DNA of 64,000 bases from the IMG/VR virus record IMGVR_UViG_3300046535_001869, positions 1 to 64,000 of that record; one strand, given 5' to 3'. A program made the translations under genes and the position numbers. This DNA comes from a virus. Under the pieces are notes generated by a model that did no database searches, was not told where the DNA came from, and saw only the letters and a program-made list of their open reading frames with translations. Shown one piece after another: positions 1 to 10,319 of the stretch (its first letter is position 1; each line of letters begins with the position of its first letter).

Positions 1-1
1 C

Positions 2-151
2 ATCGCGGGGCAGCTCAGGCAGTCGATCGTGGATCTCGTCGATCCGCCGCTGGCGCCTTCCACGATCGCCCGTAAGGGCAGCTCAAAGCCTTTGATTGAT
101 ACCGGCGTGATGCTCCAGTCAGTCGATTTCGAGGTCGAGGAAGACCAGTGA
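2..151 (+). CDS. 3' end of neck/tail-completion protein (HK97 gp10-like), truncated by window edge
   Basis: Translates IAGQLRQSIV..PPLAPSTIARKGSSKPLIDTGVMLQSV, a motif typical of this family; its stop overlaps the next start (GTGA). Confidence 0.75.
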   Translation: MAGQLRQSIVDLVDPPLAPSTIARKGSSKPLIDTGVMLQSVDFEVEEDQ

Positions 152-1071
152 ACCTCAATTTTTGGTTAGGCAACCACACCCCCGCGGGCCAGCGTTCCCT
201 CGAAGACGTTATCGCGATCGTCGGTCACCAGCTCATGGCCCTCGGCCATCGCGCTATGTGGGACCCGAAGAACGACGATCTCATCACGGCCGGCGGTGTC
301 AACGTCATCGTCGAGGGCTTCAACGACAATATCGTCGACTTCGTCGCCGAGTGGCACGGTAAGGGCGCCCGGTTCATCTGCCTAGCGACCGAGGAGCCCG
401 TAGAGGGCGTCGGCTTCAACCATCAGGCCACCGGTGAGATGGCCAAGCGCCAGGCGGACTTCGTCAAGGTTGCGCCGTACCTAGACGCGATCTGGCACCT
501 CGTGCCGGGTCAGAACGTCACCGATTGGTACGCGCAGTACGCGCCCTCGGCCTACGTCGAGCTCGGCTACGCCAAGACGCTGGTCCGTTCCGAGACCCAG
601 CGCGAGCCGGCGTACGATTTCGGGTTCTATGGGACGATGTCCCGGCGCCGCGAGAGGCTGCTGAAAAAGTTGGCCAACGCGACCAATCGCCAGAAGGCGG
701 TCCGCGTCATGGCGGACTTCGGCAGTCAGGTCGACCGCGACCGGGCGATGCAGGAGGCGAAGGTCATCATTCAGATCCGGAAATTTGATGAGATGGGTCT
801 CGTCAGTTCTTCGAGATGCAACACCGCGCTCTGCCTGGGCCGGCCGGTCGTTGCTGAGCCGCACGAGATCGAACTGATGAAGCCCTGGGCTGATGTCGTT
901 AAGTTCGCGCGGACCGACGAGGAGTTCATCAGCCTAGCGCTGGCTACCCGCGGCGCCTGGCGCGGCGTCCACGCCGGCCAATTTGAGCGGTTCAGGGCGA
1001 AGTTTACCCCGGAGGTCTGCGTGGGACCGGCGCTGAAACTCCTCGAAAACGCGGCGCGACTGGCCGCCTGA
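148..1071 (+). CDS. Putative GT-B glycosyltransferase (Glyco_trans_1_2/CgeB-like)
   Basis: C-terminal YDFGFYGTMSRRRERLL...AKVIIQI...SSSRCNTALCLGRPVVAE resembles the GT-B donor-binding half; no signal peptide. Confidence 0.65.
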   Translation: MNLNFWLGNHTPAGQRSLEDVIAIVGHQLMALGHRAMWDPKNDDLITAGGVNVIVEGFNDNIVDFVAEWHGKGARFICLATEEPVEGVGFNHQATGEMAKRQADFVKVAPYLDAIWHLVPGQNVTDWYAQYAPSAYVELGYAKTLVRSETQREPAYDFGFYGTMSRRRERLLKKLANATNRQKAVRVMADFGSQVDRDRAMQEAKVIIQIRKFDEMGLVSSSRCNTALCLGRPVVAEPHEIELMKPWADVVKFARTDEEFISLALATRGAWRGVHAGQFERFRAKFTPEVCVGPALKLLENAARLAA

Positions 1072-1085
1072 CTGGACAGAATCAG

Positions 1086-1445
1086 ATGTTCCTTCGCGTC
1101 CTCGCGATCCTTCTCCTGACGGCGCTGCCGCTCTACGCTCAGACCGTGACCCCGCGGGCCTGCGGCGGTGCGACGAGCGTTACGACCGGCGGAGCTGCGG
1201 TCGTCGCGCTGACAGGTAAGGTCAACGGATACTACATCGTCAACCCGCTGAGCGCGACGGACCAGGGGATCGGCGCGGTTGAGCCGCTCTATATCGACAC
1301 GACGACGACAGCCACGACGACGGCGAGTGGTACTAACGCCGCGCTTGCTCCCGGGCAGCCGTTTGGCGGGATCTTTGGATCGACTACCAATGTTAGCGTC
1401 AACGCCGCGACGTCTGGCCATAATTTCACGTGCGTCAGGTGGTAA
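1086..1445 (+). CDS. Small secreted Thr-rich beta protein
   Basis: Signal peptide MFLRVLAILLLTALPLYA/Q; two Cys. Confidence 0.7.
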   Translation: MFLRVLAILLLTALPLYAQTVTPRACGGATSVTTGGAAVVALTGKVNGYYIVNPLSATDQGIGAVEPLYIDTTTTATTTASGTNAALAPGQPFGGIFGSTTNVSVNAATSGHNFTCVRW

Positions 1446-1450
1446 GGACG

Positions 1451-3412
1451 ATGAAGGGTATCATTGCTGCTACCCTCGCCGCGTGCTTGACTGCCAGTGC
1501 GGCCCACGCCCAGTGGCAGAACGCCGGTCCTGGTTCGGTCGGGACGACCGCGCCGGCCTCGACGGCGACCGCTGGTGTCGCGAAGTGCGACGGTGTCACG
1601 ACGACCTGCGCCGCAGATGGGACAATCACTGCGACGACCGGCGGGACGGCCGGTATCAACCAGTTGACCGGTGACGGTACCGCTGGACCGGCGTCCGGTT
1701 CGGCCGCTATTACGGTCTCGAAGATCGGCGGCAAGGCGTTGACCCTAGGTGGCGCGCTGACGACGACCGGCGGCGCGAGCGGTACGACCCTCGCGTTTCC
1801 GACCACGGGCACGTTCACGTTCCCTGCTGCCTCTGCGACCCTAGCCTCGTTAGCCGGATCCGAGGTCCTGACCAATAAGACGATAAACTGCGCTGACAAC
1901 ACCTGTACGGTACGGATCGGTTCCGACGTAAGCGGCCTGGGGACCAACGTTGCGACCGCGCTAGCGGTCAACGTTGGTACCGCTGGCGCTTTTCTGAAGA
2001 ACAACGGCGACGCGCTCAGCGGTACCTATAGTGGTAATTTTACGTTATCTGGCACGCCGACCATGACCGGCTTAGGTGCCGGCACAATCGCAGAATGCGC
2101 GGGGTTTGCGACCGCCAGCAATGTCATGATTCGCGCCGCGTGTTCGGGTGGTGGCGGCAGCGGCACGGTGACGAGCGTTACTCTCGGCGTACCGGCGTCC
2201 TCGATCTTCGGGACCAGCGGGACGAACCCCGTCACGACCTCTGGCACCTTCAACATAACGACGACCGGTAGCTCTGGGGGGATCCCCTACTTTTCCTCGG
2301 GGACGCAGCTTAGCAGCTCGGCAGCCCTACCCGCGGGGCAGATAGTTCTCGGCGGCGGTGCGGGCGCCGCACCGAACGCCATGTCAGCGATAAGCGGAGA
2401 CGGTTCGTTAGATACCTCAACCGGGATCGTCACCATTACGAGTACCAATGGCACGCCGTTCGCGGCCTCAGCGACGCTCGATACCACCAACGCCACGAAT
2501 ATCGGAAGCGGAACGCTCGACGGTGCGCGGCTCCCCAATACCGTCAACCAGTGCCCCTCGGACATCGACACCTGGAATGGTGTTTTGGACAAGACGATCA
2601 GCTCCACGGTCGGGTTTGTCTATACGACCGGCTCGACCCAGATCGCAGCCCCCAGGACCTTGACGTTGCCAATCGTAGCTGGGCACGGGATTTCAACTTG
2701 TCCGCTGGTCTTTATGGACCTTGCGAGGATCGTCAACAGCACGGGCACTGTTGTCCCGACGCGCCAGTCCACCGATACGATCGACGGAAACACGACCGGA
2801 ACAACGATGGCATGCGCGGGGCAAACCTCGGCGTGGACAGCGCCGGTGGCGGCGTCATGGGGGACCGTTGCGCCGCCGACGCTGTGCAGCGACACGGTGG
2901 TTACCGGTCAGTACCTTACTGTCATCAACGATAATGGGACCGTCGGCCGGGCTCAGGTGAATTTCAACCAACTCGCGGGTACGGCGACCGGAGCGCAGCT
3001 CCCGGCGGCGACCACCTCGACACAGGGCGCGGCGCTCTTACACAACGTGCCGTTCTCGATGGGCTGGAACAGCGCGACGAACCCGGACGGCAACTTCGTG
3101 GCGGTGGTAACGCAGGCGAGCCGGATAACCGCGATCAAGGGCCGGATAGGGCCGGCGGTCGGAGCGACGGCGGCGATTACGGTTAAGAAGGCCGCCAGTG
3201 CTGTTGATTGCGCGGCCTCGGGAACGCCGCTCCATACCGGCACCTTTGACGCTAACGGAACGGCGAATACAGTGCAAACGCTGACCCTGGTTGGCGGCGC
3301 AACGGACGATCTGGCCGTTAACGACACGGTATGCTTCTCGACGGCAAACGGGGCGGCGTTCCTCGCCGGGGTCGGCAAGGGCGTCATCTCAATCGATTGG
3401 GCGCCGCTATGA
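1451..3412 (+). CDS. Fibre-like Thr/Gly/Ala-rich protein with Sec signal peptide
   Basis: ATG 1451 after TAAGGAC; MKGIIAATLAACLTASAAHA/Q; fibre motif ATLASLAGSEVLTNKTI; several Cys pairs. Confidence 0.7.
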   Translation: MKGIIAATLAACLTASAAHAQWQNAGPGSVGTTAPASTATAGVAKCDGVTTTCAADGTITATTGGTAGINQLTGDGTAGPASGSAAITVSKIGGKALTLGGALTTTGGASGTTLAFPTTGTFTFPAASATLASLAGSEVLTNKTINCADNTCTVRIGSDVSGLGTNVATALAVNVGTAGAFLKNNGDALSGTYSGNFTLSGTPTMTGLGAGTIAECAGFATASNVMIRAACSGGGGSGTVTSVTLGVPASSIFGTSGTNPVTTSGTFNITTTGSSGGIPYFSSGTQLSSSAALPAGQIVLGGGAGAAPNAMSAISGDGSLDTSTGIVTITSTNGTPFAASATLDTTNATNIGSGTLDGARLPNTVNQCPSDIDTWNGVLDKTISSTVGFVYTTGSTQIAAPRTLTLPIVAGHGISTCPLVFMDLARIVNSTGTVVPTRQSTDTIDGNTTGTTMACAGQTSAWTAPVAASWGTVAPPTLCSDTVVTGQYLTVINDNGTVGRAQVNFNQLAGTATGAQLPAATTSTQGAALLHNVPFSMGWNSATNPDGNFVAVVTQASRITAIKGRIGPAVGATAAITVKKAASAVDCAASGTPLHTGTFDANGTANTVQTLTLVGGATDDLAVNDTVCFSTANGAAFLAGVGKGVISIDWAPL

Positions 3413-3597
3413 CCCGGGTCTTGCTGGTGCTGGGGTTGCTGGTGCTGGGGGCAGCTTCCGCCCATGCGTGGCTTATTCAAAGCTCTGGTGGCTCGGCACC
3501 GCCGTCTTGCAACGCGGTCATTACCGGGAGCGGCGCGGACGGCAACGCGATCTTGACGGGATCGGCGACGGCGCTGGGAAACCTGACGTGCCAATAG
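3409..3597 (+). CDS. Small secreted peptide
   Basis: ATGA overlap with the previous stop; MTRVLLVLGLLVLGAASAHA/W; two Cys. Confidence 0.65.
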   Translation: MTRVLLVLGLLVLGAASAHAWLIQSSGGSAPPSCNAVITGSGADGNAILTGSATALGNLTCQ

Positions 3598-3607
3598 GAG
3601 ACGTGCT

Positions 3608-4237
3608 GTGAACTTGAAAAAGCTACTGTCCGGCACGCTCGCGGTAACGCTTGCCGCTTATGGCGTGGCCTGGGCGGCGACGCAAACGCTGACCCTCGGG
3701 GCAAGCACCGGGCCGGGCGGTATCCTCACCCTGTTCGGCTCGACATCGGGAAGTTTCTTTCTTCAGCCGCCGGCTGCAGCCGGGACTGCGTCGGGGTGGA
3801 CTGTCCCATCGGGCGTAACGGACTTTAGCGGGACAAGCGGGTTCCTTCAACAGGCGACGACGGGTGCTGCAATTACCGCAGCGGCCATCACAGCAGCCCA
3901 AGTGCCGGCGACGCCGCTCGTGGCGGGGACGGGAGCGGCGCTGGTCGGGCCGAGAGAGTATTACGTCTGCACCGGCACCTGCACGCCGACGCCCCCCGTG
4001 CCGGTCGCGGGGTACGAGTTCTGTATCTACAACGACAACAATGTGGCGACGGCAATCACGCTTCAGGCATTGGGCTCGAGCGCGATGTATGAGAACTCGG
4101 CCCGGACAGCCTACGGTACGGCGGGAACCGGGACGCTGGCGCTGAGCGCAGCGGCGGCGAACAAGGTGTGCATCGTCGGCCGTGACGCTACGCACTATTC
4201 AACGGTCTCGTACAACGGCACGGTCACGGTGAACTAA
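3608..4237 (+). CDS. Fibre-like protein with Sec signal peptide
   Basis: AGGAG SD; MNLKKLLSGTLAVTLAAYGVAWA/A; fibre-like LFGSTSGSFFLQPPAAAG; four Cys. Confidence 0.7.
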   Translation: MNLKKLLSGTLAVTLAAYGVAWAATQTLTLGASTGPGGILTLFGSTSGSFFLQPPAAAGTASGWTVPSGVTDFSGTSGFLQQATTGAAITAAAITAAQVPATPLVAGTGAALVGPREYYVCTGTCTPTPPVPVAGYEFCIYNDNNVATAITLQALGSSAMYENSARTAYGTAGTGTLALSAAAANKVCIVGRDATHYSTVSYNGTVTVN

Positions 4238-4238
4238 G

Positions 4239-5117
4239 ATGTGGCGGTTTTTAACCGTAGCGCTCGCGTTGTGGAGCGCCTCCGCGCAGGCGCAGATGCT
4301 GAAAACCATCGTCGCTGGGAATAACCCGGTGGCGGCAGCCTATGCCGGCCCTGGCGACGTGGTGGCGAGCGCGACCGGATGGTGGGGTCTGCGGGGCTAC
4401 TCGGCGGCGGTCGCTGCCACGGGCACACAGAAATCAGTCACCATCCGTCGGGCGAGCGACGATGCGACCGCTGATATCGTGATCCTGACGACGGGCTATC
4501 TCGATGTGGCAACGGCGACGACGCACTGCGCCGCGACAACCTGCTTCGTGACGAAATTCTGGGATCAGAGCGGCAACAGCCGGGACATCTCGCAAGCAAC
4601 TGGCGCAAACCAGGCGCAGATTTTCCTGAGCGGCGGTCCGGCGGCGGGTTATCCGTATGTGGCCTTTACGGCTGGGACGAATTCTTACGCCGGGGCCGCG
4701 AACTTCACCCCGACGACAGGGGTCGAGTCGTTCAGCGCCGTTGCAAACAGGTCCACCGGCACGGGCCTGGTAAAGATGGTTCGGGGCGGCGGTGGCAATG
4801 AGTTTGACGGCAAGAGCGCCAGCGCGAACAACTGGATATTGACCGGAAACGCCAGTTCGATCACCGCCGCCGCCAACGATGCGACTTGGCATGCCGGCAG
4901 CGCGTTGCTGAACGGGGCAAGCTCGGCCGTTAACATCGACAACTCGGAGACGACCGGGACCGTGACGGGATTCACGACGGCGGCGGCCTACGGCATCATC
5001 GGGGCAAACAGCACGACGATGAAGATTGTCGAAAGCGGGTTCTGGTACAACATCACCTTCACTTCTCAAAACCGGACGGATTTGAGCGCGCAGCAGCACA
5101 GTGCATGGGGATTCTGA
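4239..5117 (+). CDS. Secreted ConA/LamG-like (arabinofuranosidase-B catalytic-like) protein
   Basis: MWRFLTVALALWSASAQA/Q; WWGLR..IRRASDDATADI..CFVTKFWDQSGNSRD pattern. Confidence 0.6.
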   Translation: MWRFLTVALALWSASAQAQMLKTIVAGNNPVAAAYAGPGDVVASATGWWGLRGYSAAVAATGTQKSVTIRRASDDATADIVILTTGYLDVATATTHCAATTCFVTKFWDQSGNSRDISQATGANQAQIFLSGGPAAGYPYVAFTAGTNSYAGAANFTPTTGVESFSAVANRSTGTGLVKMVRGGGGNEFDGKSASANNWILTGNASSITAAANDATWHAGSALLNGASSAVNIDNSETTGTVTGFTTAAAYGIIGANSTTMKIVESGFWYNITFTSQNRTDLSAQQHSAWGF

Positions 5118-5323
5118 TGAATATTTGGGAGCGGCACGATGCACGCCGGCTGATCAAGGAACGGCACGAGGCGGTCTGTAAAGACCCCTCGGGGTTCTGG
5201 GTTGTTCTGACTGTGGTGCTGGCAATTGGTGTGGCCGCTACGCTCATAGGCAGGTCAACGCCTCAGACATGTGTCCCGTGGGCGGGCGATGTGGCGACAC
5301 TGTTTTCGCAACTAAGGTGCTAA
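5117..5323 (+). CDS. Small single-TM membrane protein
   Basis: TGATG coupling; hydrophobic FWVVLTVVLAIGVAATLIG. Confidence 0.55.
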   Translation: MNIWERHDARRLIKERHEAVCKDPSGFWVVLTVVLAIGVAATLIGRSTPQTCVPWAGDVATLFSQLRC

Positions 5324-5327
5324 GATC

Positions 5328-8300
5328 GTGAGGCGAACCCGGCGAAGCATCCTGGCCGGCCTTGCCGCAAGCGTGCCGGGAATGGCATGGGCGGCGCGTC
5401 GCAGCAAGATTCCAACCGGGCCGCCGTCGATACCGCCGCAGATCGTCTCGGTCACGCCGACGACAGGCGGTTTCCTGGGCGGGACGGGATCGGCAAACAC
5501 ACCGATCATGACGATGATCGCCACAATGAGTCCGATGGTGCCGGCGTTCACGGGCACTTGGTCGATAACTGGGCCAGACGCATCTCTATTCGTGATCGAC
5601 GTCTCGACCGGGGTCTTGAGCGTCGGCGCGGTCGACGTAGCGGTGGGCACCTATAACCTTAGCGCCGTCGCTACCCAGGTCGGAGCAACCGGCTCGCCCT
5701 TTACCCAAGCTATCTCTGTCGTCGGCAGCGCGGGGGAATTGCTCGCGACGATGACGCTGGTGAACACTTCAGCCACGGTGGCTCAGCCGTCAGGGTTCGT
5801 CACGCCGATGTTTGGCTGGAATTTCCACAAGGGCCATATCCCGAGCGGGACGGCACCGACGTTCAAGAACGGTTCCCTGCCACAGCCATATTCGTGGGGT
5901 TGTCAATCCTATTGGAGCGACGGCAGCCTCAAGAACGCCTCGTTCATGATGATTTGCCTGGGCTCAACCGTCCCGGCCGGCGGCTCGATCGCGATTGGCG
6001 TGTGGAGCGGCGGCACGGCGCCGACGACGAGCGCAAGAACAGCGGCAGAAGTCTATACCGAGGCGATTCAGGTCAACCTTGTCGGACAGGGTTCGACCTT
6101 TGGACTGACCGGAACCTGGGGTGCGTGGCTGACGAGCGATGTCAACAACGCGGAGCAATTCGTCTATCTCGACGGTGACGCCGGAAAGGTCTGGCGGTTT
6201 CTGACGCATGTCGCCCCGACGCAGGGCGGGACGAAGCATGGCCAGATGGAGTGCTACCATTACGTCGCCGCGCTGACCAACGATACCGGCGGCCTCGGCG
6301 GGTTCCGCTATCTGCCGTGCCTGGCTCAGCCGTGGTATGACGTAAACAGCCCAGCCAAGGCATCCCGATCCTTCTCGACGATCAATTGGCAGCACGGGGC
6401 GGGTCCGACGACGGTGCCTTACCCGCTCTACTACACGCCGCAGACCTGGACCCAGCCGCTGACGACGCATGCGCTATCGACCGTCGTCTTTACCGGCGGT
6501 TCGCTCGCCAGCCTGACTTTCTCGGGCGGCGTCGTAACCGCGACGACCGTCCTACCGCACGGATTGAGCGGCGTGACGAGGATGGGGATCGCCGGGGTCA
6601 CGCCGAGTAACTATAACGGCAGTTTTGCTTGCACGGTCACGGGGGCGTCCACCTTTACCTATCCGATCAGTTCGTCGCCGACATCGCCCGCAACGATCCC
6701 TGGAACCTATGGATTTGTGACCGCCACGGCCGCAGCACCGCACGGGTTTGGCATCGCTACCACGAAGGCGCTGGCTATCCAGGGAAATACCCCGTCCGGG
6801 TACGATACCACCGCGATTACCTGCACGGTCACGACGACGACCGCCTTTAATTATCCGCTCGGGGTCAATCCCGGCACGAACACGGTTGCGGGCACCTATT
6901 TCCTCAACACGACCACGGTCACATCGGCGGGCGCAACGACGGCCTTCTACACGGGCGATGCAGCCAATCAGTTCTGCATCCCGGTGCGAGTGTCCTCGTC
7001 AGGCACCCTGCCGCCACCACTCGACGCTAACACGCTGTATTCCTGCCGGGGCACGAAGACCGGGACGACAACGGTCAACTTCACCACGGTCGCGAGCACG
7101 GCCGGGTCGCCGCTCACGATGACCGGACCCGGTTCCGGCACGCTCACGATTACGCCGCTGCCAACCCTCTATCACTTCGGTCGGATGTTCATGCCGACGA
7201 CAGATGCAAGGTGGAACTTCTTTCAAGGCGCAGGGTCGTACACGGCCGAGCCGACAATCAGGACCGTGATCGACCGGGCGTACTGGAACGGCGATTCGAC
7301 CAACAAGCTGAGCCTGATCAACCCGTGGGACATGACGCTAACTGGGGTTGTCAACTATGCGGCGGACTTCTCCTGGGCGCCTCAGTCCATCGGGAAGCTC
7401 TACTCCGCTCGATCGAGCGGCGGTGGAACGGACGGACGGCTGGACCTCGGCGCGATGACCGGCTATCAGGGAAGCGATTTCTTCAATCAGAGCGCTGCCA
7501 GCGATACGCTCAACCGGATACACGGATTTGCGGCGGCCCTCGATCACCGCTGTTTCCGAAATTCGACGAACGGAAACTGCGTCAACCTTCGTGGTTCGGG
7601 CCACCCGCATACCGGGATGACGGCAAATTCGACGATCCGGTACGTGGCGGATCATTTCAATTCAAATACCGGGTTTACCAGCCCACCGACGGCCAATACC
7701 AACGAGGTATTTGACCAGTCGAACAACACCCACTCCCCGGCCTTTACTTATTGGCCGTTCCTGCGAACCGGCGAGCCGCAGTTTCTCGACATGCTTCTCG
7801 AATGGGGGATCGGCGCAATCCTCGATTGCGACCCGAATTCACGAAACACGTTAGCAGGACAGCCGGCGGCATACACGGCCGTTGGTATCTTCTCTGGATC
7901 GGGCGGCGAGCGCCAGGTTGCTTGGGGCAATCGCGGGGTTCACACCGCAGCCGCCGTCTGCCCGTTGGTAATGCCGGACAGCTCGGACATACACGGCTGC
8001 CTGAGCGGCATGTCCGACGATACCTGCGCCGTATCGCTGGCGGTGTATACGTCCAACATCCTGGGGACATACGCATCGACCAACGGCCTGTTTGGGCCTT
8101 ACGGAGGCCCGGCGACCGGCGGCCCGACAATCTATCAAGACAGCTTTCAAAGCACCTATACCCGGATGGCGATGTGTCTCGCGGCTGGCGCTCGTGAGAA
8201 TCCGGACGCCCTGGTAATCTTGCAGAAGATGGCCGATTGGCACGCCTACCTCGTCAGCAAGTTCGGGTACTATTACACGACGGGGTATTTCAACAAGACG

Positions 8301-8903
8301 GGGATGGCAAACACCGACATCAATGTCGGCTGGCCGGCGATCTCGGTTGACGAGCAGTACGCGACAACGACGCCGTTTGTGGCCTCATGGACGACCAGTT
8401 CACCAAACTGGACGCTGGTGCGAGCGACGGCGGGAAACGGTGCCGTAGTCAGGGACGGCGATCGATTCATGTTCGAGAAGAACCCTCCGTTGCCGCCGCC
8501 AATCTCGGTCACGCTGAACTCACCGACCAACTACCTGCGGGATACGCCGTATTACGCCATCAACACAATAGCCGTAAACGCCACGACCTATACCTGCAAC
8601 ATGACGACAGTGCTCGGTAGCGCAGGCAATATTCTCGTCCCGGCCGCCCCCGGCAGCGGCGGGGCCAACGCCACCTATCATTGGTATGTTGGTCAGGACG
8701 TAGCGCCTGCGATTGGTGCGGAGAATACCGGCTATCAGAACCAGGGTTCCTATATGTCATGGAAGCGTTCATCGCATCTGTGGATGAAGGCGCTTGGAAT
8801 CACTGGGCTTGACGCGGCGATCACCGACGCAGGGTTAAGGTTCGACCATGCAGGGTTCTTGGCGGTCGTGCGCGGTGCGTTTCAGGACCATTTCGGCGCG
8901 TGA
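5328..8903 (+). CDS. Large (1191 aa) putative adhesin/virion appendage with Tat-like signal
   Basis: MRRTRRSILAGLAASVPGMAWA; cadherin-like WSITGPDASLFVIDVSTGVLSV; two repeated VTAT..PHG..I.G.TPS.Y..CTVT..TF.YP modules. Confidence 0.65.
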   Translation: MRRTRRSILAGLAASVPGMAWAARRSKIPTGPPSIPPQIVSVTPTTGGFLGGTGSANTPIMTMIATMSPMVPAFTGTWSITGPDASLFVIDVSTGVLSVGAVDVAVGTYNLSAVATQVGATGSPFTQAISVVGSAGELLATMTLVNTSATVAQPSGFVTPMFGWNFHKGHIPSGTAPTFKNGSLPQPYSWGCQSYWSDGSLKNASFMMICLGSTVPAGGSIAIGVWSGGTAPTTSARTAAEVYTEAIQVNLVGQGSTFGLTGTWGAWLTSDVNNAEQFVYLDGDAGKVWRFLTHVAPTQGGTKHGQMECYHYVAALTNDTGGLGGFRYLPCLAQPWYDVNSPAKASRSFSTINWQHGAGPTTVPYPLYYTPQTWTQPLTTHALSTVVFTGGSLASLTFSGGVVTATTVLPHGLSGVTRMGIAGVTPSNYNGSFACTVTGASTFTYPISSSPTSPATIPGTYGFVTATAAAPHGFGIATTKALAIQGNTPSGYDTTAITCTVTTTTAFNYPLGVNPGTNTVAGTYFLNTTTVTSAGATTAFYTGDAANQFCIPVRVSSSGTLPPPLDANTLYSCRGTKTGTTTVNFTTVASTAGSPLTMTGPGSGTLTITPLPTLYHFGRMFMPTTDARWNFFQGAGSYTAEPTIRTVIDRAYWNGDSTNKLSLINPWDMTLTGVVNYAADFSWAPQSIGKLYSARSSGGGTDGRLDLGAMTGYQGSDFFNQSAASDTLNRIHGFAAALDHRCFRNSTNGNCVNLRGSGHPHTGMTANSTIRYVADHFNSNTGFTSPPTANTNEVFDQSNNTHSPAFTYWPFLRTGEPQFLDMLLEWGIGAILDCDPNSRNTLAGQPAAYTAVGIFSGSGGERQVAWGNRGVHTAAAVCPLVMPDSSDIHGCLSGMSDDTCAVSLAVYTSNILGTYASTNGLFGPYGGPATGGPTIYQDSFQSTYTRMAMCLAAGARENPDALVILQKMADWHAYLVSKFGYYYTTGYFNKTGMANTDINVGWPAISVDEQYATTTPFVASWTTSSPNWTLVRATAGNGAVVRDGDRFMFEKNPPLPPPISVTLNSPTNYLRDTPYYAINTIAVNATTYTCNMTTVLGSAGNILVPAAPGSGGANATYHWYVGQDVAPAIGAENTGYQNQGSYMSWKRSSHLWMKALGITGLDAAITDAGLRFDHAGFLAVVRGAFQDHFGA

Positions 8904-9295
8904 ACCTCCACGCTATAGCCAGCCCGTACGTCGCGGCGATCAATCCGATGCTCCCGGTCTCGGTTCGCGTCAGCACCGGGTACTCGACCGGAGCCGACGG
9001 CTCGCGGATGCCGAGCTACGCTGCGCCGGTCGCGATGCTAGGCCAGGTCCAGCGCATGTCGTCGCGCGACCTGCGGCAGGTATCTGGGTTGAATTTACAA
9101 GGTACCATATCCGCGATCTACCTCGGCGGGGATATCGAGGGCGTCCAGCGCCCGCTGGTCAAGGGCGGCGACCTGATCACGTACCCGGACGGGACGGTGT
9201 GGCTCGTTGTGCTCTCGCTGGAAAGCTGGGGCGCGGTCGGCTCGCCCCAGGAGATGTGGTGCAAGGTCGCTGTGAATCTTCAGAACGGGTCCTGA
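8900..9295 (+). CDS. Head-closure/neck protein
   Basis: MNLHAIASPYVAAINP..KGGDLI..W..V..E.W..WCKVAV pattern of myophage neck proteins; position before terminator and sheath. Confidence 0.7.
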   Translation: MNLHAIASPYVAAINPMLPVSVRVSTGYSTGADGSRMPSYAAPVAMLGQVQRMSSRDLRQVSGLNLQGTISAIYLGGDIEGVQRPLVKGGDLITYPDGTVWLVVLSLESWGAVGSPQEMWCKVAVNLQNGS

Positions 9296-9296
9296 G

Positions 9297-10319
9297 TTGG
9301 CGCTCCCCGATCCCCAGCCGGCCGGCCTGCCGACGATCAGCCAGACCGAGGCGCGGACGCTCACCGGGCTGCGCTCGTTCCTCCTCGGCGTCCTGCCCGC
9401 GGGTACGGACGTAGTACGCGGGCAGGACAACCGCGTGCCGGAGCCGATCGGCGCGGATTTCGTTGTCATGACGCCGTTGATGCAGCCGCGGCTCGGGACG
9501 AACGAGGTCACATACTACGACGATGTGTTCGTTGGTTCGATCGCCGGGACGACGCTGACGGTTTATGCCGACGATCCGGACAGCTACCTGACCGATGATG
9601 CAGACCCACCGAACCTCGTAACTGACGATGCAACGCCGCCCGCGCCGCTGACTAACGATGATCCAGTGGCACTCGTCCTTGCCATGAACCTCGGTCCAGG
9701 CATGGTGGTAAGAGATCGGGTCGCTCCCGAGGATGCGGTCGTCTCGCTCCATACCTCGTCTGGCCTTCCGATCCTAACCTCCTCCGGGAGCCAGGTTACG
9801 GTCACGACCGCGGTCGCCCCGGGCACGGCAATCGTCCGCCAGCTCACCGGGACCCTCGGCGGACCCGGGACCTACGAGGTCTCGCCGTCGCAGTACACCG
9901 AGCCCGAGGTCATGTACGTCGGTGTCCGGGCCGATCTGGTTCCGACCGAGTATACGATCCAGCTCGACGTCCATGGCCCGCGCAGCGGCGACAGCACGCG
10001 GATCATCGAGGGGCTATATCGCTCCGAGTATGCGACGGACTTCCTCGACCCGTATGGCGTCTCGCCGCTGTACTGTAGCGATCCACGTCAAGCGCCGTTT
10101 GTCAACGACCAGGATCAGGTCGAATACCGCTGGTCGCTCGACGCACACCTTCAGGTTAACCCTGTGATCAATACGCCGCAGGAGTTCGCGACCGAGGTCT
10201 TCGTCGATCCACTTGTGGTTGCGCCGGTGCTTCCCTTCCTACCGCTGACGACCTCGTCTGGCGTGCACGTGCAGGCCTCGTCCGGCCACCAGGTCCTAGT
10301 TGGAGTAAACGTTGGCTAA
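9297..10319 (+). CDS. Tail terminator/neck protein with insertions
   Basis: VVRGQDNRVPEP..QLDVHGP..PLYCSDPRQAPFVNDQDQVEYRW..LQVNP; synteny. Confidence 0.7.
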   Translation: MALPDPQPAGLPTISQTEARTLTGLRSFLLGVLPAGTDVVRGQDNRVPEPIGADFVVMTPLMQPRLGTNEVTYYDDVFVGSIAGTTLTVYADDPDSYLTDDADPPNLVTDDATPPAPLTNDDPVALVLAMNLGPGMVVRDRVAPEDAVVSLHTSSGLPILTSSGSQVTVTTAVAPGTAIVRQLTGTLGGPGTYEVSPSQYTEPEVMYVGVRADLVPTEYTIQLDVHGPRSGDSTRIIEGLYRSEYATDFLDPYGVSPLYCSDPRQAPFVNDQDQVEYRWSLDAHLQVNPVINTPQEFATEVFVDPLVVAPVLPFLPLTTSSGVHVQASSGHQVLVGVNVG

